From assembly GCA_964597545.1 (NCBI GenBank), contig CAZQXN010000004.1, positions 6,683 through 70,682 on the forward strand: a DNA stretch of 64,000 nt, in the 5' to 3' direction. Numbering within the stretch: the first letter of the stretch is position 1; every line of letters begins with the position of its first letter. The notes beneath the pieces were generated by a model. That model was not told the origin of the DNA and did not search any database. It saw only the letters and a program-made list of their open reading frames with translations. A program made the translations under genes and the position numbers. This stretch comes from an uncultured Planctomycetia bacterium. GTDB lineage: Bacteria > Omnitrophota > Gorgyraeia > 1-14-0-20-64-10. Below are positions 48,098 through 57,688 of the stretch, piece by piece.

Positions 48098-49429
48098 ATG
48101 AATTACCCAGAAGCCCTCCAATATCTCGATCGCTTCATTAATTATGAGCAGGCTGTGGCCTTTCGTTATCCAGAGGCCTTTTCTCTGGACCGGATCGCAG
48201 CACTTTTGAGGCGCTTGGGCAATCCTGAGCGCGACTTTCCTGTGCTGCATGTTGCCGGCACTAAGGGCAAAGGGTCTACCTGTGCCTTTGCCGCCTCCCT
48301 GCTCTCGGCTGCAGGGCTTAAAGTTGGCCTGTATACCTCGCCCCACTTAGCGTCCCTGCGGGAGCGGTTTCGGGTGGGGGGCTGCCCCATCTCCGAGGAG
48401 AAATTCGCCGAGGTGGTTTCCCGGATTAAGCCTTTTGCCAAGAAGGATCTGACCTACTTTGAAGTCACCACGGCATGCGCCTTTAGTTACTTCGCAGATC
48501 TTAAAGTGGATGCGGCAGTCATTGAGGTGGGGTTAGGAGGGAGGTTGGATGCCACCAACGTGGTGAGGCCTGATGTAACAGCCATCACCCCCATCAGCCT
48601 TGACCACATGGACAAGTTGGGTTTCTCCTTGGGCCGCATCGCTCATGAGAAGGCCGGCATCATCAAGCCGGATGTGCCGGTTGTCGTTGCTCGGCAAACC
48701 GCAGAGGTTACTGCACTCTTTGAAGCTGCTGCCCTCAACCAGCAGGCACCCCTGCATCGATTGGAGGAGCAGGCGCGCATCCGATGCCTTTCCTTAACAC
48801 CCCAGGGGTGCCGCTTCTTTCTGGAGACCCCAAAGCAGCTTTATTCAGATTTGTCGATTCCTCTGCTGGGACGGCATCAGGTTGACAATGCTGCTGTGGC
48901 CGTCCGCATGGTAGAGCTTTTTGCCGAGGCGCATCCCGAGAAGCTGCAGGTGACACCCGAAGTAGTCCGAAACGGTTTGAGCCGGGTCGTCTGGCCGGGT
49001 CGGTGTCAGTGGATAGCGGGTAAGCCTTCGATCCTGCTGGATGGAGCGCAGAACAGGGCTTCTGCCCAGGCGCTGCGCGAGACCGTCGACACTCTTTTTC
49101 CCGGTCAAAAGGTTTCGCTCATCTTCGGCGCTTCTCAAGGCAAGGACATTCGCGGCATGGCAGAGATCTGGGGGCCTTGGGCCGACCGCATTCTGGTCAC
49201 GCAGACCCAAAGCCCGCGCGCCGAATCCTCAGCGCACTTAAAAGAGATCTTTGCGGGCCGCGGCATTCACGCTGAGAGTGCCCCCTCTATTGCCTCGGCT
49301 TTAGAAACCGCACAGCAGAAGGCAGCGGCAAAGGATCTCATTGTTATAGCGGGATCACTCTTTGTGGCAGGAGAAGTTCTTAAGCTTCTTGGGCCGCGGA
49401 CCGCCGCTTCTTCCTGCGGCGTTGAGTAA
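48098..49429 (+). CDS. folC: Folylpolyglutamate synthase/dihydrofolate synthase
   Basis: HVAGTKGKGST, YTSPHL, EVGLGGRLDATN, EKAGIIK and WPGR. Confidence 0.95.
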   Translation: MNYPEALQYLDRFINYEQAVAFRYPEAFSLDRIAALLRRLGNPERDFPVLHVAGTKGKGSTCAFAASLLSAAGLKVGLYTSPHLASLRERFRVGGCPISEEKFAEVVSRIKPFAKKDLTYFEVTTACAFSYFADLKVDAAVIEVGLGGRLDATNVVRPDVTAITPISLDHMDKLGFSLGRIAHEKAGIIKPDVPVVVARQTAEVTALFEAAALNQQAPLHRLEEQARIRCLSLTPQGCRFFLETPKQLYSDLSIPLLGRHQVDNAAVAVRMVELFAEAHPEKLQVTPEVVRNGLSRVVWPGRCQWIAGKPSILLDGAQNRASAQALRETVDTLFPGQKVSLIFGASQGKDIRGMAEIWGPWADRILVTQTQSPRAESSAHLKEIFAGRGIHAESAPSIASALETAQQKAAAKDLIVIAGSLFVAGEVLKLLGPRTAASSCGVE

Positions 49430-50348
49430 GAAACAGCGCCGCCCCCACCAACCCTGACAAGAGGGGAATGACCGCTGCGATCAAGGAGAGGGAAAGGGCT
49501 TCGGCTGATCCTATATTGATGCGGGAGAGTATCAAGATGACTGCCCCCTCTCGAATTCCCCAGCCGTTCAAGGAGATCGGTAGCTGCGCCACCGTGACCA
49601 CGATGGGGACCACCAGGATCATAAAAAGAAGGGGAATCGGCAGGTTCAATGCCTTGGCGACTGCTGCGAACATAAAGATGGTCAAGGTCTGCACCCCAAT
49701 ACTCACCCCAAAGGCGCGGGCCAACTGCTGGGGATGGCGCAGGTAGTTTAAGAGTGACTCTTGGAACTGCTTGGCGTGAGACTCAAGCTGCCCGAGCCCA
49801 ATGCGGCTGAAGGGCTTGAGCATCTTGTTGAGCACCTGGCGCGATCCCAGGATTGCAAAGGTTGCCGCAACAATCCCGCAGAATCCATAAAAGCCCATCC
49901 GCAACACCGGATCCTCGCGGGCCGGAGTGAAAATAATCCAGGCGCTCAGCCCAAAGGTCAGAAATCCCACCACCCCCAAAAGGCGGTCCATGAGGATCGA
50001 GGCCAAAGATTCCCGCCACTGACCGGTTGCCTTGATCATCTCGTAGCCCCGGATCACATCTCCCCCGACGGTAGTCGGCAGGATGGTGTTGAAGAATGAA
50101 GCGATAAAGAAGGTGCGGATCAAAAAGGGAGGGGTCACCGCCGGATGCTTTGGCACCAGCAGGCTCCACCGAAGGATGCAGACAAACTGCGAGACAAAAA
50201 AGACCACAATGCTCAGCGCCAGCCACGTAAGGTCCGCCGAGCGCAGCGCAGCGACTAAGGCTTGGGTGTCGACAGACTTCAAGACCCACCAGAAGGCAAA
50301 AAACGTAATGCCGGCTCGTATCAGAAAGGAGATTACCGTCCTGGGCAT
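49380..50348 (-). CDS. Lysylphosphatidylglycerol-synthase TM-region (flippase-like) membrane protein
   Basis: RW..L, FFNTILPTTVGGDVIR, DRLLG and LPISLNGWGIRE. Confidence 0.85.
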   Translation of the reverse strand: MPRTVISFLIRAGITFFAFWWVLKSVDTQALVAALRSADLTWLALSIVVFFVSQFVCILRWSLLVPKHPAVTPPFLIRTFFIASFFNTILPTTVGGDVIRGYEMIKATGQWRESLASILMDRLLGVVGFLTFGLSAWIIFTPAREDPVLRMGFYGFCGIVAATFAILGSRQVLNKMLKPFSRIGLGQLESHAKQFQESLLNYLRHPQQLARAFGVSIGVQTLTIFMFAAVAKALNLPIPLLFMILVVPIVVTVAQLPISLNGWGIREGAVILILSRINIGSAEALSLSLIAAVIPLLSGLVGAALFLTQRRRKKRRSAAQEA

Positions 50349-50395
50349 GGGGCGATTATACCATCCTTTGGTTTTGGGCGCGGGGTCACCGGAGC

Positions 50396-51184
50396 TTACT
50401 CCTTCTTGTTGATGTAGTCGTCGAAGGTGATCTTGCCTTCCGTGGTCTGACGAAGCATCCGGACCCGGTCGGCGTAGTAGGGATGGGTTCGAAAGTAAGA
50501 GAAGCGCCGGACCGGCTGGTCAAAGGAATATTCCCTCAGGCGCTCAATGAAGGTGATGGCCGCCTTGACATCGAAGCCCGCGGCTTTGAGATATTTGGCG
50601 CTCAAGCGGTCCGCCTCAAGCTCATCCCGCTGAGAGTAGGCGGTGAGGATCGAGGCAAAGGCCAAATCCATCCCCTGCCGGGCTCGGGCATCGGCCTTGC
50701 CTACACCGACGGCCAGGATCTGAAACAACTGCATCCCGACAGCCCCTTGGATCCTTTTGACTGCGTGCTTGGCCACGACGTGACCCACCTCGTGGGCGAT
50801 CACCGCGGCCAGCTCATCGTCGGTTTCGACCAGATCAAAAAGCCCGGAGGTAACATAGATGGGACCGCCGGGCAGGGCAAAGGCATTGGGAAGCTTCTCC
50901 TTGACGATGGTAAAGCGGAAGCCCAAATCCTTGCGGTCGGCCACAGCAGCGATCCGGCTGCTCACCCGGTCCAGCCGTTCCAGAAGCTCCGGGTTGTAGA
51001 CAATGTCAAATTCCTCTTCCACCTTGCGGGCAACCGACTCCCCCAAGCGGACCTCCCGTGCTGTGGAGATAAAGAGGGTCTCCTGCCGTTCTGTTGCGAC
51101 GTTATAGCTTGTGCTGGCCCCGCAGCCGGCTAGGGCCACTGCGATCATGAACCACAGCGTAAGCGTGTAAGCCCGCTTTATCAT
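50396..51184 (-). CDS. M48-family zinc metallopeptidase lipoprotein
   Basis: Lipobox LAGC, NAFALPGG, AHEVGH, ELEADR and THP. Confidence 0.9.
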   Translation of the reverse strand: MIKRAYTLTLWFMIAVALAGCGASTSYNVATERQETLFISTAREVRLGESVARKVEEEFDIVYNPELLERLDRVSSRIAAVADRKDLGFRFTIVKEKLPNAFALPGGPIYVTSGLFDLVETDDELAAVIAHEVGHVVAKHAVKRIQGAVGMQLFQILAVGVGKADARARQGMDLAFASILTAYSQRDELEADRLSAKYLKAAGFDVKAAITFIERLREYSFDQPVRRFSYFRTHPYYADRVRMLRQTTEGKITFDDYINKKE

Positions 51185-51346
51185 GGCTCCAGTCTCCCAC
51201 ACGAGGACGAATCTCGCAAGGCAGGCAGGACCAAGGGGGTCATTACGCGTTGCGGCTCGCCAGAAAATTAATAGTAATACATAGTTAGTAATTATCTTTG
51301 AAAAAGGAGAGGATATCAGGTAGACTTGAAGCATTAGAGGAACTGC

Positions 51347-54300
51347 ATGCAAACACAGAAGTTAGCCTATCAACTCACAGCACTCATCCTATCGGCAGCT
51401 CTGACGCTGCCCCCTTCTGCGTACGCGCTGCGCCCGCAAGAGAAACAGGAAGCTTCCGGCCTAGAGGAGCTTACCAAGGCCCTGCGCTTAGGCAATCCAG
51501 ACGCTGCCCTCGACACCCTTGTTCAAAGTGTCGCTGAGCGCCTCACCCTACCTGTCCCAGCTACCGGCCAGGAGGAAGGACCGGCAGATAGGATAAGGAC
51601 CCTGCTGGAGAGATCCCCCAATACCGAAACCATCTTTCACATCATCGGTCGGGATCTTCTGAGCACCTACCCCGACCTGAGAGGGTTTCATGATCTCCAT
51701 TCCTCTTTTGCTGTCGAGGGAATATCTAATTCATCTTCGGACTTGATCAGGAGGCATGCTGGGCCAGGCCACCTAGAAGTTTGGTATCACTACCCACAGA
51801 AAGCTGTCTGGATCTCGTGGGAAGAGATGCAATATTCTGCAACGAATTCCAGACGCGGATTTCAGAGGAAAGTTTACCTCTCTACACCCGCCAGGGAGAG
51901 GTTAGGCGTAGAGGGATTCCTTCGGCACCTCCTTGGTCCAGGGCAACTCAATGTTCCCAGTGAACTTTGGGATGGCGATGAAGCAATGTTCCAGGTCCTT
52001 GAAGACCTGGCGACCCTCTCCTCCGCCGGCCAGGAGGAAGCGGAACAAATCCATCAATTCCCAAAAGACGTTATCTCTGAGGAAGAATTACACCTACTTC
52101 CAGCCCAGATATTTCTTTGGGGCATGTTTCGTTTCAATCAAGTGGTTGAGGACCGTTTTGTCGTAAGGCTGAAGAATCGAAGAAACAAAATAGAGATAAT
52201 CCCAGGAGATCCAGAAGATCTTCCAGAAGACGCAGCCATGATGCGCTTGGAGGTACAGGCTCAAGATACCGTGACCGTTACGGTAGAGGGAGCGGCATCT
52301 CCAGAGATTAGAGAGATGGCGGCGGATATCGTCTCGGATTGGCTGAGCAAAGTTTTCCAAGTCAACCAGGAGCTTAAAGCCAAGCAGGCCGAGCACGAGG
52401 GTTCTTTTAAAGATAAAGCCAACGCCATCAAGAGACGAGCTTGGGACGAGTTTTCTGAAAGCTTGACGCCGCTTAAAGCAGCCCTTTCCGCTGGCCAAGA
52501 GGAGGCGGCGCTGGATGAGATTGAGGCAGCCATCGAAACAAAAAGGAGCCTCGACTTCACGCCTACAACCATTCTAAAGCATGGCGATGTCCTGGGCCGT
52601 TTCCATGGAGCCAGGGGCGCTTCGGCCGATGTTTATGTGGAGGCAGATCACGTCCTAGGCAAAGTACTCAACTCCCCCTTCTTCCTGAGAATGGTCCTGG
52701 CACAGCATCTTGGCAAGACCATTGCCGGTGCCACTCCCCTTTCAGTGGATCGACATAGACCCCCCCCGGACAATGTCCGCTTTGCCCTGAATCTTCCCTA
52801 TAGGGATTATCTTGAGGCGATGGAGCCAAGCTTAGAAATGCTGGAGCGCTTAATTGACGATCCAGGGGAGATGGTAGAGGTAGTGGTAGTGGAACCGGCC
52901 CCTCATTCTGGAGGGGCTTGGGTCATTTATAAGGGAGGCCCAGGAGAGGCTTGGGTGCCCGGTTTCATCCCTACCCGCTTTGTGTTTGCCAAGAGTGTGC
53001 CGCATAGTGCAGCCCCTGGGAGATGGTGGCTGCACTCGAAGATCGGACAGACCATTCGCGTTAGGCCGGACAGTGTTAATCGGAGGGGCCATTTTCCGCA
53101 GGCAGTCTTTGCCGCGGACCAGTCCTTTAATGCGGTTCGACGAGAGATTCGCCTGGCCGAACGAGAACTTCAGCAGCGAGACAAAGAGCATATCCCAGTC
53201 CGAGTGATTCTCGTTCACGAAGCTCTGCAGGGAGTCGAGGTGATGTATCGGAGTCAAAACGGCGGGTGGATAAGCGGTTTTATCCCCCCCTCCCGCATCT
53301 CCTTTCATTCTAAAGGACGGCCTGTCGGAAGGTTGCCCCATCTGCTTGACCGCTTGGGTTGGTTCCTCTCCCGGGTTGGCCAGGATATTCCAGCGGATCT
53401 TATCGCGATTGACAGCAGCAGAGGGCTTCCCAGAGCCACCTTCTCTGTCCGCTTGTCTTTGGAGGAAGTGCTCCAGGAGATGCAGCCAGCCCTTGAGCGG
53501 TTAGGTCAGGCAGCGGCCAATCCGAACGATCGGGTTGATGTGGAGTTGGCCTTGTTGGGCAGTAGAGAGGATGCAAACAGTATGAGGTATAGCCATTGGA
53601 ACCAGACAAGCTGGGTTCCGGGCTTCATTCCTGCGAGCCTATTCCTGGATGATCCTCACCAGAAAGTGCATACCTCCATTATCCGCGCTTGGTTATGGCG
53701 GCACCGGCATGAAAAGATTCCGGTGGCCGTAAAAGATGTTACACACAATCGACACCTTCCCAGGGCAGCCTTCAGCCTTGGACTTACAATTGACCAACTT
53801 AAAGCGGAGATTGAGCCTGCAGCCGAGCAGTTGGAAGGCTTAGGCCCGGGAGAGCTTCAGGTTCCATGTGAGGTGATACCCGCTACTGTAGAGGCCGGAG
53901 CAGAGGTGTTGTATCGCGGGCCCAGAGGAACGTGGATCCCAGGTTTTATTCATAAGAGCTACATCCGCTTTTTAGATAGAACAGTAGCTCCTCATGCCCT
54001 TTGGAGTCAATGGCTGAAAAGGCAAGTTGGCCGCAAGATCAATGTTACGTTTAATCACATCAAGCGCAATGATCCCATCCCGTCCGCGCTTTTTTCGTTG
54101 ACTCTGCCTGAGGATGTCCGGCCCTCTTTCCGTCCGGGCAAGACAGCTTCCGCTGGCCAGGAGGAGTGGTCAGCGGATGTTTGGAATCGACTTCACGCCG
54201 TCGGGCTGCATGGGACAACTGGCCCCTTGCTCAAGGAAATCATCCAGTATTACTCCAGGCAGGGGGCCGACGCCGATTTCGAGGGTGTCCGGGAAAAATG

Positions 54301-57001
54301 GGAAGCAATTGCCCGGATCATCCCTGATGCTCCGAGTCTTTCCGGTGTGGCAGAGGGTGTTGTGAGCGGTTTTATAGAGCGGGAGCTTCCCCTTTGGAAA
54401 CTTTCCGGGGTCCTCCTTCGCCGAGGCAGGTATGGTGAGGGTCACGGTGTTCTGCTGATTGGAGACGCCCGGCATGCTACAGTGAAAGCGCCCCAGACCA
54501 TTCAAATCAACCGAGGTTTAACCGGCCTCGCTCTTTTCCTTGTGGGAGATCCGAATATGAGCTGGGTTAAGCCACCACCCAAAGCTCCGGATTGGCGGTT
54601 CCTTGCTCAAAACAATCTTGTTGGCTTCGTAAGCGATGGCCAGCTCATTGTTGGCTCCAATCCCACGACAGAGAACCCCTCTGGACTGCGCGCCAAGATA
54701 GGTTGGCGGGATGACGACGTACCCTTTGGGTCAACAAGAATCCAATCCAGAGGAGAGTTTATTCCTGTTGAGCGCATCATCAAACTGGAAATGAAGGATA
54801 CCAAACCCTCAAAGATTGAGGCGGTTTGGGTCGGCTCTTCGCACGTAGCAATTCCGGAAGCGTTGGTACAGATCCTTGAGAGAATCGACGCCATTCATTT
54901 GGAGATCCAAGAGGGGGATCGTTTGGGGCAGTACCGGGAGTATGCTGGGCGCCTGCATCGAGAGTATTTTGCCGGCCTGGAAGAGGTTCAAGACGAGGTG
55001 GTGCGGCAGGCATGGGACGAATTGCGTCGGATTGTTACCCTAGAAGAATTTCAGGTTGACGATGAGGAGGCTCTTGTTCGGTTTGGGAAATCCACAGGGG
55101 CTAAAGTGGTTAAGAAAACAATTACAGGACGCCCCATCGTTACTATTGGACCGGAAATGTTCCGGAAATTGACCGCTTTTCGCCAGACAGGCCAACTTCC
55201 GCCTGGTACCCCCGCCAAGCATTATGAAGAACTACGAAACAATGATGAAGTGAATGAACCTGGCGTTTATGTGAGTCCTACCGGACTGAAAATGGCGCAT
55301 CAGGAGTTGGCTGCCGCAGGCATTGATTTTCGTTATACGAAAGGAATCTTCTTTCATGAGGCGCTGGAGGAAGGGTTTGATGGTTCCGGAATCACTGACC
55401 CCATCTTGGCTCTATGTGAACAGCATACGGACCCAAGGGTGATCGAAGAGGAGCTTCTGGTCAATGCGTTAATCGGGGAAGAAAGCGTAGAGGCCTCACG
55501 GGCAGGTTATCAATTCGCCAAACAGAGAGTTGATCAAAACCTCAGCAATAGCCAGCGCTTCTTCGCGTTTGTTAAAGACCGTTACGAGAGCGGAGGCCGT
55601 TCTACCACATTTGATGAGATTGAAGCCTCGCTTGGCCCAACAAGCCGGTATTATCGAACACTCCAATGGGTTGTTGATACCCCGTACGACCAACTCCTCG
55701 CATTGGCCCAAAGACGCTGGGAAGGATCCGATTACTCCTCTGCCGTTCCTCTCGCAGCCGGCCTGGAGGAGGAGACAACCAGAGTCCTGGCTCCTACGCT
55801 GGAAGTTCCAATTGCTGCCCTGGAAGAGGGTAATCTAGAGCAAGCACTGCAAGGATCTGCCTATCTCCTGGAGCCTAAGCCGACAACAGATCAACTCGAA
55901 ACATCTTTTGTGCAATTCCCCGGTGAACTCTGGGCTGTTGGATTCAGGGATCGAGACAATATTCCGCATCTCGCTGTTGGAGCAGGAAACAGGGATCACG
56001 CTATTGGCATAACTGATTTCTTAACCAAGGCATACAGCGCGGCGCCCGTCAGCGTTGACGTCGTTCACAAGCATCCGGAGCCCCCCTTTCCTTCGAAGGG
56101 AGATTTTGATCTATTGAGAACCTGGAAGCTACGCCAGGGAGGGCGCGTAGGCCGACAGCGCAATTGGGTTGAGATTCGCCGAGATGGAGTGTGGCGACTC
56201 CTTGGGTACGGGAGAGATTATAAAGAGACGGCAGATTTCCAAAGAGAGATTCAGGTTCAGATTTGGAAAAGAGGCGAGAGGGCGCAGAACGAGTTCTATC
56301 TTCCAGGTACTGGAGGTTTACGCGTTGCGCTTGTCGCGGACCAAGAGGTTTTTGGCATCCCGGGCCTTGATTATTTCTATCAGTTGATCGACCAGCCTGA
56401 GACAACAGGGGTCAGGTTCGAAGATGCCGTTGGCCACTGGGTTCTCTGGAGGGCAGACAACACCTGGGAATCTATCTTCGAATCACAAGGCTATACTCGT
56501 TCTGCCACTAGCTTTTCGACAGCGAGCAGGGCAGGGCCGGTGGAAGCGGCAGGCGCGCTGCTTACGCGGTTGGCCCAAGCCGCAGAAGGCCAACCCGGCG
56601 TTTTGGTGCTCACCCCTGAGGCCATCCAGGATCCAGCCGGCCTAGAGGAGCTTATCAAGCGCCTCCCCCCAGAGCTCTTACGACGGACCATCTGGTTCAA
56701 CACAGGAGTTGCCCTGGCCGAATACCTGCACTCCCTTGAACCCACCCTCCAGATCATAAAGGACTACAACACCCAAGCCCTGGTCCTAAAACTCCTCAGC
56801 AGGGAAGAGGCAGAGAAGATCACCACCACCTCTAAAGATCTTGCCCTCTACCTCCAAGAAGTCCTCCCCATGACCGTCACCTACCTTAAGGTCCTCACCG
56901 TCAAGCTGATCCTGGCGGCCCTAGGGGTTCCCATCGAACAGCTCAACCAGATCGACCCCACCAAGCTCGAAGCCCTCTTCGCACCGCTGGTAGCCGCCTA
57001 A
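51347..57001 (+). CDS. Giant (1884 aa) secreted modular protein with eight [AST]G[LQ]EE motifs
   Basis: Signal peptide ending PSAYA-LRP....SGLEE. Motifs at 51452, 51560, 52022, 52487, 54149, 54971, 55757 and 56636. The C-terminal domain is duplicated at 63193-63624. Confidence 0.85.
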   Translation: MQTQKLAYQLTALILSAALTLPPSAYALRPQEKQEASGLEELTKALRLGNPDAALDTLVQSVAERLTLPVPATGQEEGPADRIRTLLERSPNTETIFHIIGRDLLSTYPDLRGFHDLHSSFAVEGISNSSSDLIRRHAGPGHLEVWYHYPQKAVWISWEEMQYSATNSRRGFQRKVYLSTPARERLGVEGFLRHLLGPGQLNVPSELWDGDEAMFQVLEDLATLSSAGQEEAEQIHQFPKDVISEEELHLLPAQIFLWGMFRFNQVVEDRFVVRLKNRRNKIEIIPGDPEDLPEDAAMMRLEVQAQDTVTVTVEGAASPEIREMAADIVSDWLSKVFQVNQELKAKQAEHEGSFKDKANAIKRRAWDEFSESLTPLKAALSAGQEEAALDEIEAAIETKRSLDFTPTTILKHGDVLGRFHGARGASADVYVEADHVLGKVLNSPFFLRMVLAQHLGKTIAGATPLSVDRHRPPPDNVRFALNLPYRDYLEAMEPSLEMLERLIDDPGEMVEVVVVEPAPHSGGAWVIYKGGPGEAWVPGFIPTRFVFAKSVPHSAAPGRWWLHSKIGQTIRVRPDSVNRRGHFPQAVFAADQSFNAVRREIRLAERELQQRDKEHIPVRVILVHEALQGVEVMYRSQNGGWISGFIPPSRISFHSKGRPVGRLPHLLDRLGWFLSRVGQDIPADLIAIDSSRGLPRATFSVRLSLEEVLQEMQPALERLGQAAANPNDRVDVELALLGSREDANSMRYSHWNQTSWVPGFIPASLFLDDPHQKVHTSIIRAWLWRHRHEKIPVAVKDVTHNRHLPRAAFSLGLTIDQLKAEIEPAAEQLEGLGPGELQVPCEVIPATVEAGAEVLYRGPRGTWIPGFIHKSYIRFLDRTVAPHALWSQWLKRQVGRKINVTFNHIKRNDPIPSALFSLTLPEDVRPSFRPGKTASAGQEEWSADVWNRLHAVGLHGTTGPLLKEIIQYYSRQGADADFEGVREKWEAIARIIPDAPSLSGVAEGVVSGFIERELPLWKLSGVLLRRGRYGEGHGVLLIGDARHATVKAPQTIQINRGLTGLALFLVGDPNMSWVKPPPKAPDWRFLAQNNLVGFVSDGQLIVGSNPTTENPSGLRAKIGWRDDDVPFGSTRIQSRGEFIPVERIIKLEMKDTKPSKIEAVWVGSSHVAIPEALVQILERIDAIHLEIQEGDRLGQYREYAGRLHREYFAGLEEVQDEVVRQAWDELRRIVTLEEFQVDDEEALVRFGKSTGAKVVKKTITGRPIVTIGPEMFRKLTAFRQTGQLPPGTPAKHYEELRNNDEVNEPGVYVSPTGLKMAHQELAAAGIDFRYTKGIFFHEALEEGFDGSGITDPILALCEQHTDPRVIEEELLVNALIGEESVEASRAGYQFAKQRVDQNLSNSQRFFAFVKDRYESGGRSTTFDEIEASLGPTSRYYRTLQWVVDTPYDQLLALAQRRWEGSDYSSAVPLAAGLEEETTRVLAPTLEVPIAALEEGNLEQALQGSAYLLEPKPTTDQLETSFVQFPGELWAVGFRDRDNIPHLAVGAGNRDHAIGITDFLTKAYSAAPVSVDVVHKHPEPPFPSKGDFDLLRTWKLRQGGRVGRQRNWVEIRRDGVWRLLGYGRDYKETADFQREIQVQIWKRGERAQNEFYLPGTGGLRVALVADQEVFGIPGLDYFYQLIDQPETTGVRFEDAVGHWVLWRADNTWESIFESQGYTRSATSFSTASRAGPVEAAGALLTRLAQAAEGQPGVLVLTPEAIQDPAGLEELIKRLPPELLRRTIWFNTGVALAEYLHSLEPTLQIIKDYNTQALVLKLLSREEAEKITTTSKDLALYLQEVLPMTVTYLKVLTVKLILAALGVPIEQLNQIDPTKLEALFAPLVAA

Positions 57002-57054
57002 ACCCAAACCTAAAACCTGTACCCGGTACCAAGGGGTCAGACCCTTTCGTACCA
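57001..57054. repeat. GGTACC/GGGTCAGACCC composite REP-like element
   Basis: aacccaaacc...gtacccggtaccaaggggtcagaccctttcgtacc shares aacccaaacc and gggtcagaccctttcgtac with 21411-21451. Confidence 0.75.
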
Positions 57055-57119
57055 GTATTTGATAAATATGCAACATATTTGTTGACATCGTTAACAGGGC
57101 GGTGTACCTTAGTGCCCCC

Positions 57120-57680
57120 ATGGACACCAAGGTTTCCTGCGAAAGACTCCTCGCCAAGCAAGTTGAGCACCACATTCTCCTCATCCGGGGCCAGAAGGTG
57201 ATGTTGGATTCGGACCTGGCCGCGCTCTATGGCGTCAGCGTTGGAAGATTAAACGAGGCAGTCAAACGCCGGGTCAATCGGTTTCCCTCCGATTTCATGT
57301 TTCAGTTGACGCCTCAAGAGGCGCAATCTCTAAGGTCGCAAATTGCGACCTTAAACTTGAAATCGCAAATTGCGATATCAAGTTTAAATTGGGGTGGGCG
57401 GCGCCACCCCCCGTTTGCATTTACCGAGCAAGGTGTTGCTATGCTCTCCACCGTCCTTAACAGTGAGCGGGCGATTCGCATCAACGTTGCGATCATGCGG
57501 GCCTTCGTCAAGCTCCGGGAGATGCTTTCTGCACACAAGGCGCTGGCTCGGAAGCTGACTGAGCTGGAACGCAAACTCGAAGGGCATGATGCGCAAATTC
57601 ACTCACTCTTTGAAGCCATCCGGCAGCTTATGGCACCGCCCAAACGCGTTCGCCGGAAAATCGGGTTTCAGGCGGGGTAG
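57120..57680 (+). CDS. ORF6N domain DNA-binding protein
   Basis: IRGQKVMLDSDLA.LYGV, RFP.DFMFQLT and PFAFTEQGVAMLS.VLNS. TTGACA-17-TACCTT promoter upstream. Confidence 0.92.
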   Translation: MDTKVSCERLLAKQVEHHILLIRGQKVMLDSDLAALYGVSVGRLNEAVKRRVNRFPSDFMFQLTPQEAQSLRSQIATLNLKSQIAISSLNWGGRRHPPFAFTEQGVAMLSTVLNSERAIRINVAIMRAFVKLREMLSAHKALARKLTELERKLEGHDAQIHSLFEAIRQLMAPPKRVRRKIGFQAG

Positions 57681-57688
57681 CGGGTAGC

